Of a stretch of DNA of 64,000 nt, positions 40,274 through 53,068 are shown piece after piece (within the stretch, counting starts at the first letter, position 1; each line of letters begins with the position of its first letter). Under the pieces are notes generated by a model. The model made no database searches. It was given only the letters and a program-made list of their open reading frames with translations, and had not been told where the DNA came from. The translations under genes were made by a program, and so were the position numbers. The stretch comes from Macrostomum lignano (lineage: Eukaryota), in NCBI GenBank assembly GCA_002269645.1, contig NIVC01000646.1, forward strand, positions 310,001 to 374,000. The letters are read 5' to 3'.

Positions 40274-42100
40274 GGATGCACGACAATTGACTGCCACAAT
40301 TTGACTGCCGACAAAATGACTGCGAACAAAATGACTGCGGACAAAATGACTGCGGACAAAATGACTGCGGACAAAATGACTGCGGACAAAATGACTGCCG
40401 ACAAAATGACTGCGAACAAAATGACTGCGGACAAAATGACTGCGGACAAAATGACTGCGGACAAAATGACTGCCGACAAAATGACTGCGAACAAAATGAC
40501 TGCGGACAAAATGACTGCGGACAAAATGACTGCGAACAAAATGACTGCGGACAAAATGACTGCCGACAAAATGACTGCCGACAATTTGACTGCGGACAAA
40601 ATGACTGCCAACAAAATGACTGCCGACAAAATGACTGCGGAAATTTGACTGCCGACAATATGACTGCGGCAATTTGACTGCCGACAATATGACTGCGAAC
40701 AAAATGACTGCGGACAAAATGACTGCGGACAAAATGACTGCCGACAAAATGACTGCCGACAATTTGACTGCCGTCAAAATGACTGCCAACAAAATGACTG
40801 CCGACAAAATGACTGCCAACAAAATGACTGCCGACAAAATGACTGCGGCAATTTGACTGCCGAGCAATTTGACTGCCGACAAAATGACAGCGGCAAAGCT
40901 TGCTAGGCGCATTCTCGTTATGCAAAAGAGGAGAGAGATAAGAGAGAAGTTGAAAAAGAAGACAGGGGAAAGGAGAGATTGTAGAGATGAGAGAGATGAA
41001 AGGAGAGATGAGAGATGAGAGATGAAGGCGGAGAGAGCAGAGTGCAGAGAGACGAGAGAAGTGAATAAAGGGGAGAGAGTATAGAAGAGGGAAAAGAAGA
41101 GGACTAAGGAAAGAGAGGAGTCAGAAGAGGGGAAAGAGTGAAGTGACAGGTACACAGGAGTGAAGAGTAAAGATGAGAGGGGGATGAGAGAGCAAAGATG
41201 AGAGTCAGAGAGTGAACACGATATATGAGAGGAGAGAGGAGAGCGCAGAGAGAGAAGAGAAAAGACAAGAGAGGGAGAGACTATAGAAGAAAGAAGAGAA
41301 GAAAAGAAAAGGCAAGAAAGGAGAAAGGAAAGAGAGGAGTCAAAAGAGGGGAAAGAGAAGAGTACAGAGGAGAGAGGTGAGAGAACATACCAGTATAAGA
41401 GAGTAAAGATGACAGATGAGAGAGGGGAGATGAGAGAGCAGAGACGAGAGAGAAGTGAGAAAACAGAAGAGAAGATAGAAGGTTCAAAGGATGCAAGGGA
41501 CATAGGGATCGAGAGGCAGAAGTAGAGGCCAGAGTTTTTCTGACATTCTGCGCCGCACCCCAGCCAACAATATCAATAGTTTGCCTCCAATCCTAATTTT
41601 ACACGAATGTAATCTATGTTATGTTTAACTCTAATAATAAAAGTTTTTGCTTGAGTTTAACTTTAGATTTTAGAATATATGCAGTTCCTAAGATTGGAAT
41701 TCCTATTTCCCACTGTTCAAAATCCGCGGGTTTCAACAGCTGTTACAGCTTGTTGTATAAAGGTAGTGTTCTGTTCTGCATCATTCTAGCTCGTAAATAC
41801 AATATTTCACTACATGCATAGACTTAAAAGGGTTGACAGAGTGCTAAACTTTAGGAGCATCATTTTTCCGGCAGTCATTTCGCTGGCAGTCAATTGCTCG
41901 GCAGTCAAATTGCCGCAGTCATATTGTCGGCAGTCAAATTGCCGCAGTCATATTGTCGGCAGTCAAATTTCCGCAGTCATTTTGTCCGCAGTCAAATTGT
42001 CGGCAGTCATTTTGTCGGCAGTCATTTATTTTGTCGGCAGTCAAATTGACCGCAGTCAAATTGTGGCAGTCAAATTGTGGCAGTCAATTGTCGTAGACCC
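40274..42100. mobile_element. Non-autonomous foldback/Mutator-like element with arms built of 15-bp tandem repeats
   Basis: Arms GG(A/G)T(G/C)(C/T)ACGACAATTGACTGCCACAATTTGACTGC then (GACAAAATGACTGCS)n, inverted at 40274-40895 and about 41865-42100. 9-bp TSD GTTCCCTCG / GTTTCCTCG (1 mismatch). GA-rich filler at about 40925-41520. Confidence 0.87.
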
Positions 42101-42761
42101 GTTTCCTCGGGGCCATAAAAATACGACAGGTGCGGTCATAAATCACTCAAAATCGCTACATAATGATTTATGACCTTTCGCGTAGAAATGACAAAATTTA
42201 ATGAAAAAATATACATTAGAAAGCTCTTATTGAGTAGAAAGTAAAGATAATGAAGAGAAATTGCTAATCGCTAATCTCAACATACTTTTAGGGGTAAAAC
42301 GCATAGCTCTCAAAGCTGTCACACGCTTGAGTAAACACGAACAATAGGCCCTGACCTCATAAATCTTGATGGCCTGTTGAAATGATGAGAAAAAAGCCAC
42401 CTCTCAGACCATCCTCCGCATTGATTGGCGCCAGCCTCCGCATTGAGTGAGGCGCAGGTGGCTGTCAGTCAGACGCAATGATTTATGACCCAAAAGCAGC
42501 TAAAAAACCGCGCCTGTGTTACAAGTATGGCAGATTAATATAGCTACAGAAGTCCTACTAGTATGAATTCTAGAAAAATTGCAAAAGAGGGAGAAAAACG
42601 CCCATAGCCTGCTGTGAGCGTGAAATTTGAAAAAAGTGCGTCCTCATCACATGCTTATCGTTCACCTTCAAGTACATGTACGTACATGTAAGCCTAGCTC
42701 TGCTTGTTCGTTTCTATTGGATCGTGTGCATGGAAAATAACGAAGCAAAACCATTAAACTT

Positions 42762-42868
42762 AAAAACATACGCGGACAAGTATTTTGACTCAGTGGACAA
42801 AAACATACGTGGACAAGTATTTTGACTCAGTGGACAAAAACATACGTGGACAAGTATTTTGACTCAGT
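42762..42868. repeat. ~37-bp unit repeated three times
   Basis: AAAACATACGTGGACAAGTATTTTGACTCAGTGGAC repeated in tandem. Confidence 0.85.
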
Positions 42869-43692
42869 ACGGGATTTAGGGGGGAGGGCGCCCCCTTTGC
42901 GTTTGATTTCTTAAACTTTTACATGGGCTATTTTATAAAACGTTATCGAAAGCATACCTTAATTAGTATAGTCTTGCCCCCATTCAAAATTTTCTGGATC
43001 CTCACCTGGTTGGACTAGTTAGCTAAAAGCTGATTGTTCCTCAGTATTTAGGAAAATGCATGGCGAAAATGTGCAAAACCTTTTGTCTGACCCCACATGA
43101 CCCACGAAAAATGCAGGTAGTTGAGCATATTTGCTTTAGTTTTCCTTGAGTTTATGTCGTCGTTTGGCATATATTTTATATTTGGTGAAGCAAGAAGAAA
43201 GATTTAAATCAGTCTTGATCCTTTAAAAATAAAATTAAGCGGCTTCATTCATTGAATCGTTAGCTATGAGTGAAACTAGGCGCTGCTTCATCTACCGCAA
43301 GAACGGCCTCGACGCGGCCAAGGCCGTGGTACGCTGCCACGCTGATCCAGACTATGACTGACGACCGCAGCGACCTTGATCTGACCCCGAGTGACACTGC
43401 ACTCTGCCCCTATGAGCTGTTAACTTTAGAGCAGTTAAGCACCATACTATTTGACAATATGCAGTTTTATGCTCTACTAGCTCTTTTAATTACTACTGGA
43501 TTATGTAGCTCTTTGACCTAAATTGTGTTTTAGATTACTAAATATATTGTGCATTATTATTATTCTATCTTATACTTATATCTAAAGTGCTAAGTAGATC
43601 AATCAACTGGCTGGTTTAATGTGTATCTCCTAGATGGCTAGCAATTCAAATGTGGGACTTATATATCAATGCAGAATTTTCCTACTCAACAA

Positions 43693-44596
43693 TAGGGATT
43701 CTGGGATCCCGGGATTGGGGCCAAAAATCTGGGATTTGAATCCCGGGATTTTTTTGGGAATCGAATCCCGGGATTTTTTTAATCCTGGGATTGCAAAAGT
43801 CCGGGATTGGGATCCCGGGATTTCAAGGCCTTAATCCCGGGATTGGTCCTGGATTAGAACAACCTTTCAATGCCTAAATTAGATAATTTAAAGTCTAAAC
43901 GTTTATTTGAATAATAAAACATTTATTTGTTTTTGCTGTTTCTTAATGAAACGTTAAACATTTGCAAAGCTCCTGTCCTAATTGAGCTAAAAATTGTTAA
44001 TGTGAACTGTAAATGATAGATAATTTTAACTTTTTTTCTTTTTCCACCATGAGACGAGACTGAGGGCCTTTTCATATTGCTTGTTCTGGTTCCAGAACCA
44101 GAACCAATTTGTGAAGTATAACTTTTTGTCTCCATAACTAGAGGTAGATACATGCTATAAAGTTTTTATTATTGAATGACAATCGCCAAGAAGAAAGTGA
44201 AAAATCGTGCAAAGTGAGGCTGTTAAGGCAGTCAAATATTAATAGAGTTTAATAGTTATACTGTTGTTTTTCTTGGAATTCCGAACCGATTCTGGTTTTA
44301 GAATTGGTAATATGAAAAGGCCCTGAGACTCTGAGAGTCACAAGACCATGACTACTGCATGCGGCATGCCACACAGTCTGTCTTAGGGATTCCAATCCCG
44401 GGATCCCGGGATTGGGGCTAAAAATCCGGGATTTGAATCCCGGGATTTTTTTGGGAATCAAATCCCGGGATTTTTAATCCTGGGATTGCAAAAGCACCGG
44501 GATTCTGAGATTTTGAATCCTGGGATTTCAACAGCATCGGGATTTCGGGACTATTCAATCCCGGGATTATAAAATGTCAGGAATTTGGAATCCCTA
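43693..44596. mobile_element. hAT-type non-autonomous element (MITE)
   Basis: Exact 8-bp TSD CTCAACAA (43685-43692 and 44597-44604); TIR TAGGGATTC; many AATCCCGGGATT subterminal motifs at both ends. Confidence 0.9.
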
Positions 44597-45589
44597 CTCA
44601 ACAAGTAGGCTATTTTACTTAATGTTGAAAACTAAAAAAGTTAAGTCTGTTAAAAAAAGTAGAAAACACTTTTTGTAACCTTCTTTGGCCACTTTTTCTA
44701 CTGAGAACTAAATATTTGCAATAATTTTAAGTGATTGTATCACAACTTTTTCCTATCTTGGCAGAATGGCAGTGTATTATCTCTCTAGTGGAGGGGTGGC
44801 GGCATTCTCAGTGGCTGTGTGTGTACATTCTGACCTTAGCTAACTGGCCAACTGTATAGACAATTGCTAAATTTATAGATTTCACTCAACTGCACATTGG
44901 CTAACTATGCATAATTTGTGGGGTAGTGGGCAAGAAGCGCAATGATTTACAACTGTGTCAAGATTCAATTGCTTTTTTTATTGGCGCCTTTCAATGTGTA
45001 TTAGTTATGCAGTTAAATTCAATGAATAAACTTGCAAGCCTTTTACTATAATATAGGCTTACAAATGAATGTATACTCAATACTTCAATGCTTTAAAATT
45101 TGGAAATTTCAAATAATACTAACTACTCCTCAAGTTTTAAACTTTGAGAGGAGAGAGACTTATATTGCTAGAAAGTTCCTGCAACACTGAGTTTAGAGAT
45201 ATCAGTTGTTTGCTTTAAATATGAAAATAGAAAGCACATCATTCAAAATACTATTTCTATACTTTTAACTTTCTGCAAAGATTATACTCACTTTTGCAAG
45301 ATGTAATAGATAAATGTTGGGGGGGTTCAACTTCTAACTGCCGCTGTGTATTGGAAGGGGGTTGGTTGCTATGTATTAGAGGGTTGATTTAGATTGTGTA
45401 ACCATTTTGTTAGCTTTAATGAAGACTGATACTGACTGACAGAGAAATAGATTATGCCATCAATTGGTTCAATTTTTTTTATTTTCGGCACCTTTTAATA
45501 GGCTGCTCTATATATCCCTAACCCTAACCACTGATTTCAATTTCAATTTATTAGTATTGATTGACGGAGATAATATTGTTAGATATTGT

Positions 45590-45845
45590 TTAACAGAGGA
45601 GATTTTGATAGAATTCAGTTTCATGAAGAGCATTTGATAAAGTTCTGTTTCATGGAGAGGATTTTGATAGTGCTCTGTTTCATGGAGGGGATTTCTATTT
45701 CACAGATAGAATTTTGATAAAGTTCTAGTTTATGGATAGGATTTTGATAAATTTCTATTTCACAAATAGGATTTTGATAAAGTTCTATTTCACAGATGGG
45801 ATTTTGATAAATTTCTGTTTTACAGATAGGATTTTGGTAAAGTTC
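45590..45845. repeat. Degenerate ~30-bp AT-rich tandem repeat (GGATTTTGATAAAGTTCTATTTCACAGATA-like)
   Basis: About 8 diverged units are visible. Confidence 0.8.
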
Positions 45846-46882
45846 TATTTTGGTTCTGTTTAAAGCTCTGGTCTTGGGATTCAGCTGATAGATTTCAGGG
45901 AATGGAGTTCTGGCAATGGGAGTTCTAACCCCTTCTCTTCCAATGGAGGAGTTGGTCTTGTGACTATATAATACTCAAAATTATTTCTGTAGCATATATT
46001 TTAAAAAATACTAATAAAAGTTAAAACCAAAACTTTGCTAGAATGATTATATTTATAGGGTTGAGAACATCAAGCCTTTGTTTAAAAATAAATTGTTTTT
46101 AAAAGTATCATTTCTAAATTTTCAGTATAAAATTTGAAATATAAGTCAATTGTGTATTATAACTATTATTATATGCATTTTATTTTTATATCATTTTTAG
46201 GTAATAAAGCCAAGAAATATTAGTTCATTCTTTATTTCAATGTCTATTTCAATCAAATACATTTTTTCTATCAAAGGTCATGCAGGAGTTAAGTGGCTAT
46301 AATCTTAAGGCACTTCTTTGCCAAGGAAAATCTGAATATATATACATGTATAGCAGTAGTATCAATTGACAGTTATTCTATTTTAATTTTAATTTTTCTA
46401 CAGTACACTTAGCTAGCTGACAATGCATACCTTATACTTAAGTTTAAGTTATATATTTGTTGTATTATTAACAAAAGGGATAGGGGTTAATTAGACTATT
46501 TGACAGATAGCTTATAAAAGTATATCTGACTAAAACCTTGGTTAGATCAATAAATTAGACCTAAAAAGACTTGTTGCCAAATTTGCCTAGATTATTGCCA
46601 AATTTGCTTTTGCTAAATTTGTCCATGGTAAATTTCTATTGCCAAAATTGTTTGTTGCCAAATTTAAATGTGCATTTAAATAGTCAAAGTAGAATATATT
46701 ATTTGCAATGTTAAAAAGTAACTTGGCACTTGTTTTAGTAGTGAATAGCACTATTTTTGAAAAAAGTAACTTCCATTCTTCCATTACTAGTCTTTTCTAA
46801 TTCTAAAGAACCAAATAATTAAAAAGTGATTAAATATTTCTTTGTACAAAGAGCAAAAATGTTCGTTGGTCTAGAATTAAAC

Positions 46883-47171
46883 GGTAATGGCTAGAGTTCC
46901 GGCACCGGAACCCGTTTTCTAACAGCTAGGGATCTGGCAGTGCCATATAGAAGCATATAAAGACTGCTAAGAACATATCTAAGAATTCTGGATATTAGAA
47001 GCATCTCGTCCTGAATCTTATCATATTGTCTTAAATTTTAATCTAGAACAAAATCTCAATATCAGCCACATGTAAAAAGAAAAATATAATGTTTCATCTA
47101 TATTATAATGGCACTGCCGGATCCGTAGCCATTTGAAAATGGGTTCCGGTGCCGGAACTCTAGCCATTGCC
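46883..47171. mobile_element. Mutator-type MITE (289 bp)
   Basis: Exact 9-bp TSD GAATTAAAC (46874-46882 and 47172-47180); about 65-bp TIRs starting GG(T/C)AATGGCTAGAGTTCCGGCACCGGAACCC. Confidence 0.92.
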
Positions 47172-48234
47172 GAATTAAACATGCAGTTCTTCTTCAAATA
47201 AAAATGCTAAAATGATATTATTATCACATCCAATATTTGAATAAATTAGTAAAAACCTTTAGAAAACAATGAATAATCTGATTAGTGCCTTTGCAGTAAA
47301 TATAATTAGCCTCAAAAGAGTTAATAGTCATAAAACACTCTTACTGCATGTAATCCTGCGCAAACAAAATATTGAAATGAAAGAATAAGCCTCCATTAAA
47401 ATTTCTACAAATCACAAGTGTAGCTTCTGCATTATCTGCATTATTTGGGTTGAACAAAACAATTTATAAGCAAAAGAAACAAATGAAGCACAAAAGGAGA
47501 ATACTTGTCAATCTTCAAAGAAAAATTAATTGTATACCTTTTTGGGGTACAGAGTTAAGTTTGGCTAAAATGTATCAAAGCCTAAAGAAATTGCCCAATT
47601 AATATTCTTTGTATTTTGCTAGACTTGTCTATTTTTATAACTTGTTTAAGTATTAGTTATCAAAATTTCTTCAATATCATTTATAAAGCCCACATAGAAA
47701 AAAATGCAAGGCATATATTGGAACAGAAGGTTATAGGTATGGATATAGGGAGAAGATATCTAACATAGGAACTATATTTAAGTGCACTTTAGATTTTGAT
47801 TGCAACATGATTTGCCACTTAGCCCTAAAGGTTTAATCCTATAATTAAGGTTGTGTATTTTATTAGAAATGTTTATTTTCTCAAAGCAAGTTTACTCACT
47901 GTTGGGCACAATGCTAAAAAAAGTATCAGTGAAAGCCAATACTCCAATACCCTTTCTAAAAAAAGTATTACCAATACCTGAAAGTCCAATACCCAAATTT
48001 GAGTATCAGTGATACCCCAATTCCAATATTCTATTCTAATACCCTGTCTTACAAAAAGAATTGCTTAACAAAAAATGCATATAATTCAAGCTTCTTAGAC
48101 CTTTTCCTTTGTTTTTCGGGTGAATGAAGCAAGCTTAGCACTGTTTTTAATGATAAAGCCTTCAATAAAAAAAATAAAATTAACAAATGAAAACCAATAG
48201 TTACCATTATAGTTAATCATTAACTACTTATTAG

Positions 48235-48889
48235 AACATTAGAACAACATTAGAACAACAATTAGACGGCGCTCCCGAAGTGCCTTCAGTTCGTCTACCT
48301 CGGCGGACTGGTGCCGGACGTCGGTGACGACCTAGCGAGACGGCGCGGCAAGGCCTGGGCTGCCTTCCGATCTGTGCGGGCGGTGCTGCTCTCCGAGGCC
48401 CTGTCCGACGGCGCCAGGTCCCAGCTGTTCCAGGCGGTTGTTGAGACCGCCCTGCTGTACAATGCTGAGACCTGGACGCTGACCGGGGCGCTTGAGGCGC
48501 AGCTCGACGCGGCGCATGCGGCCCTAGTCCGCGCCGCTTTCGGCGCCCGCCGCGGCCCTGGCAGCGAGACAACCGAGTCCCTGTACAAACGCACAGGCCT
48601 GACGCGGCCTTCTGCCCTGCTGAGTCAGCGGCGCCTGCGGCTTGCCGGACATGTCATCCGGGCCGAAGCCTACTGCCCAGAGCCGCTGCAGGACGTCCTG
48701 CTGTGGACCCCGCAGGGACCGCGCAGGCGTGGTCAGGGACGATCAGCCCGCTACGTCGACCGCCTTTTTGAAGATGCGCGAGCACCCAGCCAGACGGCCG
48801 GTGTGAAGCACATTAGAGACCTGGCTCTGAAACGCGCGATTTGACGCTCCCCCCTCTTGGCCACTCCCGTGGCTGGCGTGGGGCGTAAC

Positions 48890-48931
<42 letters not shown>
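48235..48931 (+). mobile_element. 5'-truncated non-LTR retrotransposon (RTE-like), 3' end
   Basis: ORF 48311-48844 carries the post-RT motifs LLYNAETW, RRLRLAGHV and GPRRRG. Short 3' UTR, (TTA)n tail and 10-bp TSD TACTTATTAG (48225-48234 and 48932-48941). Confidence 0.88.
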
Positions 48932-48934
<3 letters not shown>

Positions 48935-50627
48935 TTATTAGCCTCTGTAGTTATTTTTCTTTATATATATTAGTACTGTTATACTGTTAGTATAGTGTGG
49001 CAGCCTGTCAGTCTGCAATTGATGCACTTGCATGCTTAATCTCGGTCTTGTTTTTTTGGGTTGGGTGCATTTACATGTACATTTAGTCAGCTAGCCAGAC
49101 CAAATGCTCTAAGCCAAGGTATAGACTTTAAAATCTCTGATTGGGCAACACCTTGCCATTCTATTCTTTACATATGTAAACCCAAGTAAATCATGTCACT
49201 TCTCTTTAATTCCCTTTACTCAACTTGGCCTTGCCCAATATATACACCCAAAATAGTGCATTTATTTATTTATTGCTAAGTGTTTACATGTATGCATCAT
49301 TCACTAAATTGGTTCTATTACTAGTGTAGTACTTGTGTATATACTAAATTGTAGAAATTGTAGACTTAATTGGCAATCAGTGGCTGATAGTGACAATGTT
49401 GCAATACTTGCAGCATGATAATTGAATAAATAATATCATTTTGATGATACTTACTAATTACTAATTGAAAAAGTATATATGGCACAGGCAATTTTTAAAA
49501 GTTCTAAAAACTGGTTTTAAGGTTGAAAGTAATAACTATTTCAGAGTCATTACCTAAAAGTGAAGGATTTATCATTACTTTCTATAAAATTATGCAACTA
49601 TTTCATTCATTTTAACAAATTTTGATTGTTTGCAGGCTCAAAATTTAAAAAAATATTGGACTATCAGACTATCAGGAAAATTTGAAATGTATTGGAAGTT
49701 ACCAAAGTCTGATACTATCATAAAAGTATTAGCTTCTAATACTCCAATACCCAGAATGTATTGCTAATAGTATTAGAATATCAGAGTATTAGAATTATGT
49801 CTAAGACTGAATTTACTCAATATGATATTGTCATTTTTTAGTTTTTTTATCTTATATATATTGATATATAAGGTATCTAATTATTGTAATTTTTGGTAAA
49901 AGCAAATAACAATTAGAAAATAAAAACATTCTAAATACTTTAAAGTTTAAGAAATCTAATATTATCAAAAAATAGAATAGTTTAAGTCAGCAATCAAACT
50001 TATAGCTTATACTTGTAGGATATATATTTGGTTAGTTGGATTAGCTAAGTTTATTTTATTATATAATATTAGTTTCTTTTAAATCAAATGATATTAGTTA
50101 GTATTCTATAAATCGTTTTTTCTTTAGCATCCTAAATTAAGACCTGGCATACCAAATGTACTACAATTTTGATACTTAAAAACCTAACCTAAAAGTAATC
50201 TATATTGCAATAGCAATGTGTAATTGTTATTGTATTAAACAATAGACTTTAGTGCTAGACTATTTTATATAATTTACTTTGATACACCTAATAATAAGAT
50301 GGTTAAGATAGTTATTTTTTATTTGTTAACTAATTCTAACATTGCTTTTATATTTATTATCAAGTGGTGCTTGACTTTTTCATTTAAATAAATAAACTAG
50401 ATATTAAATTGGCATCTTAAACTCCAAATTCAAGATGCAAATTTAGAATCTCATAGGCCATGGCACATTTATTGTTGCAAAAAACTAGTCAAGGCTATGG
50501 CTTCTTACTAAATTATTCATATTATTTTTCCTAGTTATAGCCATAAGTGCAGTCTTCTATTGGCATATCTATAGCTATCATAGGTAATTATTATACTGTA
50601 ATTTATCTATAAGCAGCTATAGCCATT

Positions 50628-50931
50628 GGGGGTTGTAGCCTAGTGGTTAGAGCGTCGGACTCACAACTTGAAGGTTGTGGGTTCGATTCCCAATCCCACT
50701 GGAACAATTTGTGTCCTTGAGCAAGACACTCAACTCTGCATTGCTTCAGTTCATCTAGCTGTAAAATGGGTGCCAGCATTCAATGGGGTAATTAAGGGTG
50801 TGTGGCGACCCCCCAGTTCTTGGACTGAACAGCCGTACATAGCCTTCAGATGCGCCGCGCAATAGCTGCGGCTGAGCGGTCGGTTGCACATGTGCCCAAT
50901 AGGGCAGGTGTGATCAGTAATCAATTATTAT
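50628..50931 (+). mobile_element. tRNA-derived CORE-like SINE, full length
   Basis: Same family as the other copies; shows CpG-to-CpA changes relative to them. Confidence 0.92.
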
Positions 50932-51347
50932 GATTAGTATATGTTGCATAATGGAAAACTAATTTAGGTATTGTGCAATTTTAAGAGAACATACTATGTA
51001 GTGTGCATTGTGTCAAACACAGCACACAGCACACTAGATATAGAAGTGAGCAGACTTTTCTTGGATATGTATTGTCACTGTACATAAAGAATATGACAAT
51101 ATGATTCTATTTATAGTCTATTTCAACTTGTCGAGACAGTGGACTATTGTTGTACTTACTTAATACTAATTTTAAGTTGCAAGTACTTAGGCCAGTACTC
51201 GTCAGGTTTCTAAAAATAGAACATTACTAAATGAGTTCATGATTCTTTTTGGCCCAAGTTTATTCGCTAAATAAGTTCTTTTTAAATTAAATTTTTCAGT
51301 TTTAAATTCTGCAAAAATAAGACTCAGAGCTGCTGAACTTCTCGATC

Positions 51348-51729
51348 ATGACGAATCCGCAGCAGCAGCAGCCGCCTGCAGCTGCTGGCCAGGTGGTTGC
51401 CGAACCACCAGACCCTCAGCATCAGCAGCCGCCGCAGTCAGCGGCAGAATCCTACAGTTATTTTACTTCGCCGAATCCCAATCCTCCCCAGGCGACAGCG
51501 TCGCTGCCACCGGCTGGTGTGGACGCGGCCGGGCCTCCCAGCCCGCCGGACAAGGGCTACGCTTGGTTCATTGTGCTTGGCGCATTCCTCTGCCACGGCC
51601 TTGTTGACGGCTTTTGCTATTCGTTTTTTAGCGTAGCTCGCGACCGGATTAGCGAATCCTTTGCTGGCAGGGGGCCGGCAGAGCTGTCTCTGATCGGCAG
51701 CACCGTGTTTGGCGTCTACATGCTGTTTG
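51348..51729 (+). CDS. SLC16/monocarboxylate transporter-like MFS protein, exon 1
   Basis: PPDKGYAWFIVLGAFL matches the MCT TM1 signature (PPDGGWGW). Phase-1 donor TTTG|GTGAGT. Confidence 0.9.
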
Positions 51730-51799
51730 GTGAGTTCAATTGGAGTTCATTAGCTCCTTAATCATTAGTTAAATTGTTAGTTAAATAGCTAGTACTGTT

Positions 51800-51939
51800 G
51801 GTTAGATTTTTAGCTAGTTAGTTAGTTAATTACTCAGTTAGTCAGTTATCTAGTCAGTTAGTTAGTTAGTCAGTTAGTTAGTTAGTTAGTTAGTCAGTTA
51901 GTTAGTTAGTCAGTTAGTTAGTTAGTTAGTTAGTCAGTC

Positions 51940-51974
<35 letters not shown>

Positions 51975-51975
51975 C

Positions 51976-52010
<35 letters not shown>

Positions 52011-52039
52011 CCTTTAGTTAGTCAGTCAGCTAGTTAGTC

Positions 52040-52070
<31 letters not shown>

Positions 52071-52239
52071 CAGTTAGTCAGCTAGCTAGTTGGTTAGTCA
52101 GTCAGTTAGTCAGCTAGCTAGTTAGTCAGTTAGTCAGTTAGTCAGTTAGTTAGTCAGTCAGTTAGTCAGTTAGTTAGTTAGTCAGTTAGTTAGTCAGTCA
52201 GTTAGTTAGTCAGTTAGTTAGTTAGTTAGTTAGTTAGTC

Positions 52240-52270
<31 letters not shown>

Positions 52271-53068
52271 CAGTTAGTCAGCTAGCTAGTTAGTTAGTTA
52301 GTCAGTCAGTTAGTCAGTTAGTTAGTCAGTCAGTCAGTTAGTCAGCTAGCTAGTTAGTCAGTTAGCTAGTTAGTCAGTTAGTTAGTCAGTCAGTTAGTCA
52401 GTTAGTTAGTTAGTCAGTTAGCTAGTTAGTCAGTCAGTTAGTTAGTCAGCTAGCTAGTTAGTCAGTTAGTTAGTCAGTCAGTTAGTCAGTTAGTTAGTTA
52501 GTTAGTTAGTCAGTTAGTTAGTTAGTTAGTTAGTCAGTTAGTTAGTTAGTCAGTCAGTCAGTTAGTCAGTTAGTTAGTTAGTTAGTCAGTTAGTTAGTTA
52601 GTCAGTCAGTTAGTTAGTTAGTTAGTCAGTTAGCTAGTTAGTCAGTTAGTTAGTCAGTTAGTTAGTTAGTCAGTCAGTTAGTCAGTTAGCTAGTTAGTCA
52701 GTCAGTTAGTCAGTCAGTTAGTCATTTAGTTAGTCATTTAGTTAGTTAGTCAGTTAGTTAGTCAGTTAGTTAGTTAGTCAGTCAGTTAGTCAGTTAGTCA
52801 GTTAGTCAGCTAGCTAGTTAGTCAGTCAGTTAGTCAGTCAGTTAGTCAGTTAGTTAGTCATTTAGTTAGTTAGTCAGTTAGTCAGTCAGTTAGTCAGCTA
52901 GCTAGTTAGTCAGTTAGTTAGTCAGTCAGTTAGTCAGTTAGTCAGTTAGTCAGTCATTTAGTTAGTTAGTCAGTTAGTCAGTTAGTTAGTCATTTAGTTA
53001 GTTAGTCAGTCATTTAGTCAGTTAGTCATTTAGTCAGTTAGTCAGTCAGTTAGTCAGCTAGTTAGTCC
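51800..53068. repeat. Mixed (TAGT)n/(CAGT)n microsatellite
   Basis: Directly visible; starts about 70 nt after the exon 1 donor. Confidence 0.96.

Noticed and set aside
40029-41503. 298-, 169- and 413-aa ORFs (SHFVG, MTADK, SAVIL repeats)
   Set aside because: Frames of the 15-bp foldback arm and the GA-rich filler.
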